Assembly: GCA_951406725.2 (NCBI GenBank)
Contig: OX597821.1
Span: 51,274,001-51,338,000 of the forward strand
From: Octopus vulgaris
Lineage: Eukaryota
DNA length: 64,000 bases
Reading direction: 5' to 3'
Positions 1 to 12,500 of this stretch are shown piece by piece. The first letter of the stretch is position 1. Every line of letters starts with the position of its first letter. The position numbers and the translations under genes are program-made. The notes under the pieces were generated by a model, which was not told the origin of the DNA, ran no database searches, and saw only the letters and a list, made by a program, of their open reading frames with translations.

Positions 1-177
1 GGGAAATATCGTAGATTATATATCATTGACCGGTGTATTAACGTCAAACATAACTCTTAATGTTTGTTGTAATCGATCTTTGCTGCCCTATAATTTAGCG
101 AATTATATTGTTGATGGTGTGTTCGCGTGTGTGTGACAAAATGTTTATGAGCATATATATAATATATATACATACAT

Positions 178-520
<343 letters not shown>

Positions 521-1019
521 ATGTATAGCAAGATAAATAGCTGATTGGTGACACAGATAGAAAAGTTATATATTTATGTTAAGGATAATGTATAGAAGCC
601 CAGAAACTGCTTAGACTCTTAAAACAAATACATACACACATGCAATCCCATTTGTGTATATGCGTAAGTGTCTGTGAATGACTGCGTTGTGTGAATGTCG
701 CGAGGTCTCTATATTTGTGTGTGTGTGTGTGTGTGTGTGTATGCGTGAGTGTGTGTTGTGTGCAGGTGTTTGTGTTGTGAGTGTGTGTGTGCGTTTGTGT
801 GTGTTTCGTCATCCGCTCCAACCGAAATTTCAAAAGATATACAATTTGTTGTATATCGCATCCAGAACACTCACTTTTAACACACTCAGACACACATACG
901 CACACGTACACGAACATGTATGCGTGTGTGTATGTGTGTTTGTGCGTGTGTAATTTAACTCAAAATGATATGAGATTATATGTATAATAATCTAAATAAC
1001 ACATGAACCAAAGATATTT

Positions 1020-1880
1020 GTCTATTTCACGTTAACTCGTGCAATATCTGCATGTATGTTCGGTTATTGGAATGTCTCTTAGTTTTAGTCATGCGAAACG
1101 GCTCAGATAAGGTAACAGTTAGGTTGTTTATTATGATCCCAAAATATCTTATGATTATACTGTGCTCGTGGTTGTTTCTCACCGATAGGCTGTGCAACAC
1201 TAGACGTCTCTACTGAGGAACATCACAGCCGAATAGCATAACTAAAATAAGTAGAGACCAACTTAAATACACATAAATGCGCATTTTCTTCTACGCTCGT
1301 GTCATGTAATACAATTTTTCTAAAAAAAAAAAAAGTTGGGGTTAAGTCTGCTTTGTTTATTTGTTTAGTTCCAACAGTCCCTAACGACGAGAGATATCGC
1401 ACAGCGGATGGTCAGAGACGTCAAAGTCACTAGCTGATAGATCTTAGTTTCATTCATCATGATGGACATATTTATTATAATTGCTAACAGTAGGGTAGTG
1501 TTTAATGACCTCATTTATTTCTTCAGGTCGTCAGGACCTTGCTTCTCAGAAGTCACGTGTTCATTTCGCTCTTGTTGACAGTACCTCTTATGGGTTCCTG
1601 TCCAGGATTACGCAAGCTCAATTTCAAGTAAATACTCTTTCAGACAAGACTAGAGAATACAAACAAGACTATAGAGAATAAATGTCGGAATAAATTTGCA
1701 GGTGCTTTGGTGTTGGACTTGACATTCTTCCGGCGACTCTTGCTTACAGCTAGAGACTTCATTGTCCAAAATGGTAGCAAACATGCAATGATTGTTACAA
1801 GACTTAGAGTATAGTAGTATAATCACTGCAGACACTGCATCTCAACACCTGACTGATGAACAGCGTAAAACTCTAAAACA
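1020..1880 (+). pseudogene. Highly decayed Penelope-like element (RT thumb to GIY-YIG C-terminus)
   Basis: Frame-shifted translations line up in order with the intact PLE at 6989-8800: VYYDPKISYDY..SH vs IHYKHTDSHSY..SHP; MRIFFYARV vs MAHHFTLRG; KSRVHFALVDST vs RAHNLRDLLVHSS; NLQV/FGVGL/HSSGDSCLQLE vs HLSVFGLSLHRGHPDSRLCRE. Ends in a degenerate CTGATGA hammerhead-like motif at ~1853. Confidence 0.55.
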
Positions 1881-1882
1881 CA

Positions 1883-1950
<68 letters not shown>

Positions 1951-1999
1951 CACATACACACACACACACACGCACATATTGCATATATACCTTTTACTT

Positions 2000-2160
2000 A
2001 GGTGCAGGTGTGGCTGTGTAGTAAGAAGCTTGCCTCTCAACCACAAGGTTCTGGGGCCAGTCCGGCTGCGTGGCACCTTCGGCAAATGTCTTCTACCATA
2101 GCCCTGGGTCGTCCAAAGCCTTGTGGGCGCATCTTGTAGACTGAAAGTGAACGTGGTATG
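2000..2160 (+). mobile_element. tRNA-derived SINE, family 1 (partial)
   Basis: Head GGTGCAGGTGTGGCTGTGTAGTAAGAAGCTTGC...GGCACCTTCGGCAAATGTCTTCTAC matches the fuller copy at 31828-32215. Confidence 0.85.
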
Positions 2161-3069
2161 TCAATCTCTCTTTCTCTCTCGCTCTCCCCCTTTCACACAT
2201 AAAGGGTCAGTCGCACACACGGATGTACACACGCACGACAATGTCAGTGTTATAGTGCTTATGTCGATGTTTATATATGATGGGCTTCTACAAAACGGCA
2301 TTAATATTGCTGGCGCTGAAGTAGCAAAAAGTTGCAGGATTAACTCTTATCACAATCAATAGATGTAATAACGACCAGTGTGCTAGCAGTTGCATGTCAA
2401 TTGTTATTAAACCTCGTGATACGGGAGTATCAAGTATTCTTGTTTGATTATCTCTGTAGTAGTGGTAAATAGGAAACTCTAGACTGTTCTATAAAGAGAC
2501 ATTTCAGAGAGCAGAACTTCAATAGACCCAGCAAGGATCAATACTATAACTAAATCAGATGCTGCAAAACGTTCAAACTGCTTACTCAGATGTTACCTTG
2601 TTAAGTGTCAGTAAAATTTTACAGTGAAATCATTTAATATAAGGCATCTGTTCCATGAAAGTAACCTTGTGATTGAAAACTGTGAACAGTATGATCAAAG
2701 TTGCTACCTACACGTAGGGGAATAACGTACCAGAGCATGCTATCGGATATAGAGTCTTCGAGACACTGATGGTAATTTCTTATCTGAGATATTGCTAAAC
2801 ACACAAATACACGCGTGCATACACACACATACACACATACACACAGACACACAAACACATGCGCATACGCATATAAATACACTTATATATATACATAGAT
2901 ATGTACAAAACATGGCTCCATATACACATACATGTTTCAAAGTACCTACCTACCTATCTATCTATCTATATATCTATCTATCTTCAGTATATTATGCACA
3001 TATAGATATTTCAAATATACAATGTATTGTATAAATTGTGTATATTATCTAAAGAGAAAATATTCTCTC

Positions 3070-3114
<45 letters not shown>

Positions 3115-3119
3115 ATGTG

Positions 3120-3345
3120 TGGAGACGCGTGGCTTAGTGGTTAGTGTGTCAGTATCATGATCGTAAGATTGTTGTTTCGATTCCTGAACTGGGCGACGCG
3201 ATGTGTTCTTGAGCTAAACCCTTCATTGCACGTTGCTCCAGTCCACTCAGCTGGCAAAAATGAGCAACGCTGCGATGGACTGGCATCCGGTTCAGCTGGG
3301 GACCATATAAGCCATGGAAACTGGCTAGGCTTTAGAAAGGGCACA
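3120..3345 (+). mobile_element. tRNA-derived SINE, family 2
   Basis: A-box TGGCTTAGTGG, B-box-like GTTTCGATTCC and GCGATGGACTGGCATCC core. A reverse-complement copy lies at 21300-21547. Confidence 0.85.
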
Positions 3346-3425
3346 TTTATATATGCTTTCTTGTTTGGATTAACTTTATATATATATACATCAATAATAG
3401 TTTACATACGTATAATATATACATA

Positions 3426-3466
<41 letters not shown>

Positions 3467-3507
3467 GTGTGTGTGTGTGCATGTTTGTGTGTGTATGTGT
3501 ATATATG

Positions 3508-3566
<59 letters not shown>

Positions 3567-3811
3567 TACTGATATAAAATAATATACATATAATGTTTAT
3601 TTTTGCCATTAATAAATATACTTATTAATTGATGTAGCTCCATTGTCTTATTGTTCTTAAATAAATATAAACTTGATTTATCTAATGATATGTTATTCAT
3701 GAGTATTATAATTAATATTTACAACAAATACTAGGTAATGGACCAGTAATTCATTGGATATTAATATCCCTTATTGAGGCTTATCCAACCTCTAATTGAA
3801 CTGATATATAC

Positions 3812-3851
<40 letters not shown>

Positions 3852-3953
3852 ATTAAAAGTAATAAAGTTAATAAAAAGTATCCAAAGGTTTCGCACCCGC
3901 AAACGCTGTAGCTTCGTGGAGAACTTGTCAGATTCTAGTTCGCAGACAAAATT

Positions 3954-3989
<36 letters not shown>

Positions 3990-4089
3990 TATCAATATTA
4001 TAATGAAGAAAGCTGATTATTTATTAATATAGATAATATATAAATATATGCATATATACATACATATATGTACATACCTACATCTATAT

Positions 4090-4720
4090 GTATATATACA
4101 TGCATATATGGGAACAGGACATAAAAAAAAACGTTGAACACAATGAGAAACGAAAATATAAAAACAAAAACATGGAAACGAACATTTTTTTAAAAACAAC
4201 AGAGTACAAGACATACAACACAAGGAATATTCCCCTTCTTCAGTTGTCCCTGTTTTGTCTACTGCGCGTTTCGAAGCTAAGGACAAGACACAACTTCGTT
4301 GAAACAATCCTTCCCGCAAAGGAAATTAAATAAAATTTGGGTTTTTTTGGCGGAGGGGTAAAAGTAGTAGCAAGAACAGGACAGTAAGAACAAAACAAGA
4401 CAGTAAAAACAATACAAGTAAAAACAGTAAAATATAGGACAAAGAGAATAACACAGTAAAAATAAATGATGAGGGCTGTTAAGCCAAGACGTTGGAAAAA
4501 TTATTTTGTACGCATTAAGGAAGCAGCTTATGAGTGGGACAGGACAAGCCGCTCCGGTCACGTGTCAGTGATGAGAGGAGGAGGAGGAGTAAGAGAGAGG
4601 GAACGGTGAAGCGGAGAGAAGAATAGGGAAGGGTGGGAGAGAACCAGAAAGGATGAAGAACAAGAGAGGGAGAGCGATAGACAGAGGAGAATTAGTAAGT
4701 TAAGAGTGCGCATAATAATT
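4090..4720 (-). mobile_element. PLE-like terminal-repeat fragment, family B
   Basis: Abuts a (TA)n/(TACA)n tract and has a purine-rich segment like the 3' UTR of the intact PLE. GACATACAACACAAGGAA..TTCCCCTTCTTCAGT...CGCGTTTCGAAG recurs at ~36470-36548. Confidence 0.55.
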
Positions 4721-5824
4721 ATTAAGATAAAACTTTAGGTATGTAACGGTTACAAAAAGAAAGCAATTATTAGAGAGAGCAATTATTAGAGGCTTGACCG
4801 TCTGGAAATAATTATATAAAAACATATTCCCTTAATTTCGATTTCTAAAGGTTATTGAATATTTGAACTACAAGTTTTTGACATGTTTATGTATTTGTTG
4901 CATTCATTGCAGAGTAGATTTAATAACCAATATTAATTCGTTGCAGGCGAAATTTTCCGTTTTCATTTGCAACTTCCCCTCCCTCTATCTCGTCCTCATA
5001 TTTATTAACGTTAATTTCATATATATTCATTTCAATGTTTTCATTTCAACCTTTAATTCGCTCTTTGCAAAACCCACAGTTTATTTTATATACGTAATGT
5101 AAAAAAATATATTTATTGAATATTTTACTATTAGACAAAAAATCGGATGCTATTAGACAAACTAGCTGCATAATTTTGAGTCTTAGTTTTGATAAAAATG
5201 AAATGTTTTTTATAAACCGGTATAACTAAAAAGAATTTTAGAAATTAAGAAGGGATTTTGTTGGAAACACTATAAGCCTTAAAATAATAACTATGTGATC
5301 ACTGCTGTTTTTAATACACTAAACCTTGAAGTTTGTTTAAATTACAGATATGTTACAACTACGATACATTACTGAAAGATATATTAACTAAGCAAGAGAG
5401 ATTTCTGTAGACTGAAGTTTTCTGAAAAATTTACATTCTGAATTTCCTTTTATTATTGAATATTTCAAGTTCACAAATCTAAATAAGCGAGATTTTATCC
5501 ATACGATTTTTTCATTTCATGTTTATTCCATTCATTGTTTGCAATGTTCCCTCTCGCCCTCTCTCGCCCTCTCTCTTTCACACACACACAAACACCTCTA
5601 ACATAAACATACACACTTTCCAGGATTGACCAGCTGTCAATAATATATAAATATTTGAAATACATATATCTGTGTGTGTGTATGTGTGTATAATATAATA
5701 TAATACGATATATGTGTGTGTGTCTCTGTGTGTACATGCATATATATAAATGCATGATTTTACATCAAAATCCTGTAGACCAGACACAAAGAACGCTGTA
5801 TATATGTATGTATGTATATATATA

Positions 5825-5874
<50 letters not shown>

Positions 5875-5958
5875 TACAAATATATACGTTATATATATAT
5901 ATATGTTTACATATATACATGTATATATGTATATATTTATATGCATAAAATACACACG

Positions 5959-6016
<58 letters not shown>

Positions 6017-6017
<1 letters not shown>

Positions 6018-6208
6018 GGCTGAAATCTATAGAAAACCAAAAGATGACGACAGGTGTATGAACAACAAGCAATTGTATTAGTTTAAGGCTCGAGAAAAAT
6101 GAACAAGTGTTTTACGTTTGGAGTCTATGCTTTTCAAAAGAAAGAAGTAAGAGACAATACACTGAGAGAATGAAAAATACTTGTAGATTTCAACGTTTCA
6201 ACATGGTG

Positions 6209-6210
<2 letters not shown>
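6017..6210 (-). mobile_element. PLE terminal-repeat fragment, family A (degenerate), flanked by (TA)n on both sides
   Basis: Aligns by eye with the 3' end of the adjacent PLE (6321-6500): AAAGAC/TGACGACAGG..AACAA..TGTATTAG..TTTACGTTT.GAG.CTA.GCT.TTC. Confidence 0.75.
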
Positions 6211-6290
<80 letters not shown>

Positions 6291-6292
6291 TG

Positions 6293-6323
<31 letters not shown>

Positions 6324-6420
6324 CGGGAAGTTTTATGAAAATAGACAAAAGACGAAGGCAGGTGGAAAACAAACGAACAATTGTATTAGTATGGCGCTCA
6401 GGAAATATAAATAAAACAAG

Positions 6421-6458
6421 TCTTTAACGTTTCGAGCCTACGCTCTTCAACAGAAAGA
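6421..6458 (-). ncRNA. Minimal type-I hammerhead ribozyme-like motif (A6U core)
   Basis: Minus strand reads UCUUU CUGUUGA A GAGC GUAG GCUC GAAA CG UU AAAGA: 5-bp stem I, 4-bp stem II and an ACGU palindrome in place of stem III. Confidence 0.7.
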
Positions 6459-6593
6459 TACACAGAGAGGAAAAAAAACACAGAAAGAAGGAGAGAAAAA
6501 AATGCGTGCAGTAGCTAACGAATCAACATGGCGATCTGATTTCGGCCAGAGGTCAAAGATCAAACATGAGACGCGAGAGCGAAATAAGGGGAG

Positions 6594-6965
6594 ATAATAG
6601 GGTTGATAATAGGGTTGATAATATGGTTGAAGGACCAGCTAATAGTGCGTAGGAGGGGTCTGGACGTGTGTATGTATAGGGTTGGTGTATGTATTAGTAT
6701 GTATAAGGGTGTGTGTGTGTGTGTGTGTGTGTGTATGAGAGAGTATTAGAGCGTAGGATTGGTGTGGACGTGCGTATGTATGGGGTTGGTGTATGTATTA
6801 GTATGTATTAGTATGTATTAGTACGTATTAGTATGTATAAGTGTGTGTGTGTGTGTATGAGAGAGTATAAGTGCGTATGAGGGGTCTGGACGTGTGTATG
6901 TATAGGGTTGGTGTATGTATTAGTATGTATTAGTATGTATTAGTACGTATTAGTATGTATTAGTT
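6594..6965. repeat. Nested tandem repeats in PLE 3' UTR
   Basis: Three copies of 12-bp GATAATAGGGTT, then three ~95-120-bp units (AGTGCGTAGGAGGGGTCTGGACGTG...) each holding a variable number of 10-bp GTATGTATTA repeats. Confidence 0.9.
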
Positions 6966-6988
6966 GGTGTATGTATTAGTATGGCACA

Positions 6989-8800
6989 TCATATATGATG
7001 TGATGTGTGAAGTCGTGTGGTGTAGTGAGGAGAAGAGGTGGAGGGGAGAAGGGGAGGGGGAGGAGAGGGTGGAAGAGGAGAGGATGGGGGAGAGAGAGGA
7101 GTGGGAGAAGGAAGGGGATGAGGGGGGAGGAAGGAGGAAAGAGGGAGAGGGGGAGTGAGGGAGCAGAGGGAAGGGGAAGAGGGAAGGAGGGAGGGAGAAA
7201 GAGGGAAGAAGGGAAGGGGAGTAGGGGTGAAAGGATGAAGGACTGAAGAAGTAGGGGTCGGGGGGAAAGGATAGGTGAGGAGGGGGAGAGGGGGGTTAGA
7301 TGAGGAGGGGGGAGAGTTGAGACCAAATGGCGTATAAGAGCGAAGAGAGAAGATTAATTCCTGTTCACGGCACAAACGGGAATCCGGATGGCCTCTGTGT
7401 AAGGACAAACCGAACACAGATAGGTGTTGCAAGGAGTGACCGGTGGAGCGGAAATGGCGTGAGACCGGTGTGTCGTTCGCAAGGTGGATGTCACGAAGGT
7501 GTTCCGCGAACCGGTCAGCCAAGCGGCGTCCCGTTTGTCCGATGTACAAGGAATTGCAGAGAGAGCAAGAGATGCAATAGATAATATTGCTGGAGGTGCA
7601 GGTGAAGGAGTGGATGATGGGATAGGGTCGATGGTGGGTGCTAGTGAGGCGGGTGGTGTTGGAGAGGTAAGGGCAAGTGCGGCAACGTGGGCGGGAGCAG
7701 GGGAACGAGCCGGGTTGGGAGGTAGGGTCAGGGAAGGAGCTATGGACCAAAAGGTCTCGAAGGTTGTGGGCTCGTTTGAAAGAGGGGAGGGGTCGGTTAG
7801 GGAAGAGGTGTGAAGTGGACGGGTCGGACTGGAGATGACGGAAAGCTCGAAGAATGGTGCGTTGGAGACGTAGGGTCGTGGGGTGGTAAGTGAGGGGAAA
7901 AGGGAGGCGGGAGACTACAGGGCGGGTTCGGGGAGAGAGAGCAGATACACGGTCCACGGACCGTGCTCTGGCAAGGGCGGTGTGGATAGTGGTGAGGGGG
8001 TATCCACGTAGGGTGAAGTGGTGAGCCATACGTTGAGACTGAGTCTCAAAGTCATGGTCGTCACTACAGAGCCTACGTAGACGGAGGAATTGGGAATAGG
8101 GGATGGAAAGCTTGGTGTGTTCTGGGTGGGAGGAAGAGAAGTTGAGGTATGAGTGTGAGTCTGTGTGTTTGTAGTGAATGGAGGTGGTAAGAGTGGAGTG
8201 AAGAATGCTAACCGAAATGTCGAGGAAGGAGACAGAGGTGTTGGAGATAGTGGAAGTGAAGTGGAGGGCTGGATGGAAAGATTGGACGAAAGAGAGGAAG
8301 GAATCTAGATGTTCGCGGGAGAGTGAGGTGGCACCGATAATGTCGTCGATGTAACGACCATATAGTTCAGGAGTGGGACCAGTGAAATTAGAGAATATTT
8401 GGGCCTCAACATAGCCAACGAACAGGTTCGCATAGTTGGGGCCCATTCGCGTTCCCATGGCCACTCCCGAGACCAGATGGTAGAACTCGCCCGCGAACGA
8501 GAAGCAGTTCAGAGTAAGGACAAGTTCGGCCAGACGAATGAGTGTGGAGGTGTCAGGTACAGGGTTAGAGCGGAGGTCAAGAAAGTGTCGAAGGGCCTGC
8601 AGTCCTTCGTGGTGAGGGATAACAGTATAGAGGCTTTGGATGTCCGTAGTAAAAAGGATTTTGGAGGAGCCGGGAGGAAAGGAGAAAGAGTTAAAAAGCC
8701 GGAGAGCATGGTTGGTATCGTGGATGTGGGAGGGAAGAGATGCCACTAGGGGGGCAAGGACACGGTCGAGGTATTTAGAGATGAGCTCCGTGGGGCAATG
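6989..8800 (-). CDS. PLE reverse transcriptase / GIY-YIG endonuclease (N-terminally truncated)
   Basis: Motifs FTTDIQSLYTVIP, GVAMGTRMGPNYANLF, RYIDD, FLDI, CSRPRCRTC Cys linker, NIIYCISCSLCNSLYIGQTGRRLADRFAEH and PFGLN. The first ~19 aa of the listed ORF (to 8857) are flanking sequence, and the last ~110 aa are Pro/Ser low-complexity read-through. Confidence 0.92.
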   Translation of the reverse strand, partial: HCPTELISKYLDRVLAPLVASLPSHIHDTNHALRLFNSFSFPPGSSKILFTTDIQSLYTVIPHHEGLQALRHFLDLRSNPVPDTSTLIRLAELVLTLNCFSFAGEFYHLVSGVAMGTRMGPNYANLFVGYVEAQIFSNFTGPTPELYGRYIDDIIGATSLSREHLDSFLSFVQSFHPALHFTSTISNTSVSFLDISVSILHSTLTTSIHYKHTDSHSYLNFSSSHPEHTKLSIPYSQFLRLRRLCSDDHDFETQSQRMAHHFTLRGYPLTTIHTALARARSVDRVSALSPRTRPVVSRLPFPLTYHPTTLRLQRTILRAFRHLQSDPSTSHLFPNRPLPSFKRAHNLRDLLVHSSFPDPTSQPGSFPCSRPRCRTCPYLSNTTRLTSTHHRPYPIIHSFTCTSSNIIYCISCSLCNSLYIGQTGRRLADRFAEHLRDIHLANDTPVSRHFRSTGHSLQHLSVFGLSLHRGHPDSRLCREQELIFSLRSYTPFGLNSPPSSSNPPLPLLTYPFPPTPTSSVLHPFTPTPLPFFPLSPSLLPSSPSLCSLTPPLPLSSFLPPHPLPSPTPLSPPSSPLPPSPPPPLLPSTSSPHYTTRLHTSHHI

Positions 8801-9239
8801 TATGTATGTGGGTGTGAGTGGGTGTGTGTATGCACTTTTCTTTCTGTATGTAAGCATATAGATATGTAAATAAACAGATCAATATACAGACGGATAGGTA
8901 TATAGACTATATGAACAGACACATATGGAGACACGTATCCACACATATAAAGATGCACATCTATAGATACAAACTTGGTACATAGTTGCATAACACACAC
9001 ACACACACATGCATACACTAGGGGACAGAGGTGTACATATATACAAACACATGCTCACACATACATAGAAAATACACAAACATGAACAGGCAAGCACATA
9101 AATATACAGGATACATACATACAGATGCACACACATACATACATATATACATATGCATACACACACATATATACATACATACACATGCAAAAACCCACAC
9201 ACATACATACGTACATGCATGCATGTATAGGCATACACA

Positions 9240-9503
9240 CACTGACCCACACACATGCGCACAAACAAACAAACAAAAGGGAACGCTGTGTAAATAACGA
9301 ACAGAGTCAAAACTATTGAAAAGGTTGCAAGACATAACGAAAATTTTAGGACAATAAAAAATAAGAAAAAATTGGAAATTTTACCGGTGAGTGTGTTAAA
9401 TAATAAGGCACAAAAAGAAAATGACTCTCCCCAGACACAACAGAATATGCTTCAACACACGAACTCATATAAAGTATCTTGCAAACCAAACTCCAAAACG
9501 AAA
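9240..9503 (+). repeat. Interspersed repeat family C ending in (TA)n
   Basis: Closely similar sequence recurs at 37705-37990, split into two opposite orientations. Confidence 0.85.
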
Positions 9504-12500
9504 TATATATATATATATATATATACACACATGGTTGTATGCATGTATGTTTGTATGACTATACCGATCCTTACTTTGGAGAGAAAATTTGCTCGCTAAA
9601 ACAACACTGTTCTGGGACATCCGTGTGTAGGAAAATCGACATTGCCAGAATTGACTATCAAAGATCCCAATAATCCTTAAATCCGCAAAGAAATATGCTG
9701 TTGATGTACATAATCTTTGCAAAAAAATTATGCGCCATCGATTACATTTTTGAATGGTTAGTATGGCATCATTGAACATGATGGATAATGCGAAGATGTT
9801 TGAATAGAACGGTGTCTAAATTTTCGTAGATCATTTATTGAATTACCAAATAACCAAGCAATGATAATATAATTCATAAAAAAAGACAACCTAAGTCAAT
9901 CACTTAATGAAATGACCTTTTCTAGTTATTTATTTTTTTTTTTAATCTGCAAAATAGTATTTGTTTAAATCAATTTATGAAACTTGCTAAATCAACAGCC
10001 CGGGCTTGTGACATGTTAGACCTCAAAAGTGTCGTTTAATATGTTTGATTGTGCTAAGATATATTTCTGTTGATATAACTCTCGTTGGAATTGACCATAT
10101 TATTCTCCCACAAATACAAATATTTTGAAATATCACTTGTCATCAGTTAATGCTTTCAGATAGTCTAAAAGATTTAGTTTCGGTTTTCAAAAGGTAAAAA
10201 AGAAAGAAATTCTCGTACTGGCGATACTTGTTACCTTTATGTGGCAAAAATCTTCAGCAATAAGACGATAGGATATTGGTGTGAAAACCCTATAAGTTTT
10301 GCTCTCTAATTTTCGAATATTGTGAGCAATATATTTGAAAGGGGACATCTATCATAACTTGTATTAAAGCATCATTTTGGTCACGGGAATTTCGGAAGAA
10401 TCCTGATAGATGATTCATATCGTTATGGTATTTATTCTTTCAATCTTTTATTCTTCCTCTTCGTGACAGCTAGAGGACGGGGCCATGCTGGTGCACCGCC
10501 TTTCGGTGTTTTTGAATCTCCATTATGTACTGCTTTTGGTAAAGAATCTAGCTGGAGGGAGCTGCTCTTTTCTGTGTCTCCTTCCACGATGTGTGTTCTG
10601 GTATTTCAGAGAGAAATTTATCCTAGTGTGTTTTGAAATCTGGCTTGGGTCGGCCTGGCCTTTCATCTACACACAAAGATCGATAAATAAAGTACCACTT
10701 CTTTCTATATCGACGTTGATTCTTTTGTTCCCTTAGATTTTTCTCTCAATCTTTTTCTCACCTTCCGGAAGAAATTGAATCTGGGCTCTGATTAGAGATG
10801 ACAAAAAAATGCCTCCGCTATATGTTACGCCAGCGCGCCTACAATTCCACAAAGACTACGGGGCTATGGCATTACCTGATATGGTAGTGAGTGATGTTAA
10901 CCTGTCATTATGTAATGGGTATTAATTATGTTATGCCAGTTATAATTAGGTTCTGACATAATTATAACTGATATAATTAAGTTCCTGATTATAAAATCGT
11001 TTCAAATAAAATAAAACATATTTATTGTGAAACATCGTTTCATTTTAGCATCTTTTGTTGATGGTGTTGCTTTGTTTATTAATTATTTCGTCTTGCATGC
11101 AAATGTTTCGACATAATGAAGACTAAATATAACACAGGAGAGTGAACAAAGAATGATAACTTGGTTGGATACAAGAATTACGAAAAATATAAACATATAT
11201 AATACAATTTTGTATGACTAGATGCAATATAAAAAAAACCCAGAAGAAATGAAATTCACCTTAGTTCCAAGAAGAAAGAATGGATTATCAAAGAAGCAGA
11301 GAATCGAAGAATGTAAAATCAATATCAGTAGAAAAGTATGAAATGAACACGAAAAATAAGGATATAACAACACGAGGAGTAAATATGCTTTTTGTATATT
11401 TAGGTTTTGTTCATGTGGTAGAAGAGGCACCATACCTTGTACAGAATTCAGATATCAATGCAAGAAATATTCAAATGCAAAACAAACTCACATCATCATC
11501 TTCATCACCATCGTCATCATCATCATCATAATCATCGTCGTCGTCGTCATCATCATAACCACCAATATTATTCACTATCACCACTGCCGTCGTTGTCGTC
11601 ATCATCATCATCATTGTTATTATTGATTATATTTTACGTTAGCTGTAGAAGATTTATCTACAAGTGACTTCAAAATTCTTGACATTCGGTTCTTGAAGCT
11701 GCGATTATTAATTTCTGCTTCTCATCATGTTATATATATATATATACTCCTGTCACAACCTGGGACCTTGTAGACTGCTATAATGCAAGAAAGTATACTA
11801 GTCCCTTAATATTTTATATTTTATATTCAATATTTCATCTATTCAATAGGACAATACTTCATTTCATCTTATTATATACATATTATTTATACTATATACT
11901 CTATATTCTACATTAATATTATAAATAATATAAATAAAACATAAAAAACAGACAGAGTTGGAATTTTTTTGAATAATATATATATATATATATATCTTAA
12001 TCGAAGTAACTAAAAATTAGTGTTATGTCTACGTCTATAATTTTATTCTGTAACAATCAACATAAGTAGCTTTTAAAAGAAGCAATGTTTTAATTATAGA
12101 ATGATATCCAAGGTATACACTATTACACACATTTATTCTCAAGAAAATTAACTGACAAACCATGGAGCAAAATATTAAAGCCCATTACGGACTCATAATT
12201 GTGTGTGTTTCTATGTGCGTGCGTGTGTTTATATGTATGTATGCATGTACTAAGTATGCATATTTGTATACATAAATACACACACACGTATGTGCATATA
12301 TATGTATATATATATACATACACACACAGATATATGCATATATGCGTACACATAAATATGCATACATAAACATATATATATATACACATACACACACACA
12401 CACGCATATATATTTATCATATTCAATTGTCCAAAATCAAGGGAGTCTGAAATTGTGTGTTCACCTATATGCACTTTGCTCTGTACCATTGCAGAATAAT

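Larger units (their letters stand above)
6321..8800 (-). mobile_element. Penelope-like retroelement, Neptune-type, 5'-truncated
   Basis: Stop-free RT + GIY-YIG ORF, repetitive 3' UTR and a terminal repeat with a hammerhead fold. The 3' end joins (TACA)n/(TA)n and the 5' truncation joins a CA/TACA-rich microsatellite. Confidence 0.93.

Noticed and set aside
1528-1627. Apparent host exon (CTTCAG...GTAAAT)
   Set aside because: Better explained as part of the decayed PLE.
3120-3200. tRNA genes at SINE heads (also 30285, 31828, 35660)
   Set aside because: A/B boxes are present but no complete cloverleaf could be built, and each continues into a SINE body.
6594-6630. Telomere-like TAGGGTT repeats near a PLE
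   Set aside because: The unit is 12 bp (GATAATAGGGTT), not TTAGGG, and lies internal to the UTR.
7007-8861. Plus-strand ORFs overlapping the PLE
   Set aside because: Antisense shadows of a GC-rich ORF with no motifs.
9950-11400. Possible very old LINE remnants (also ~27050-27300 and ~29200-29620)
   Set aside because: Only isolated motif-like words (LPHKG, EWIIKE, IETWNM); too weak to call by eye.
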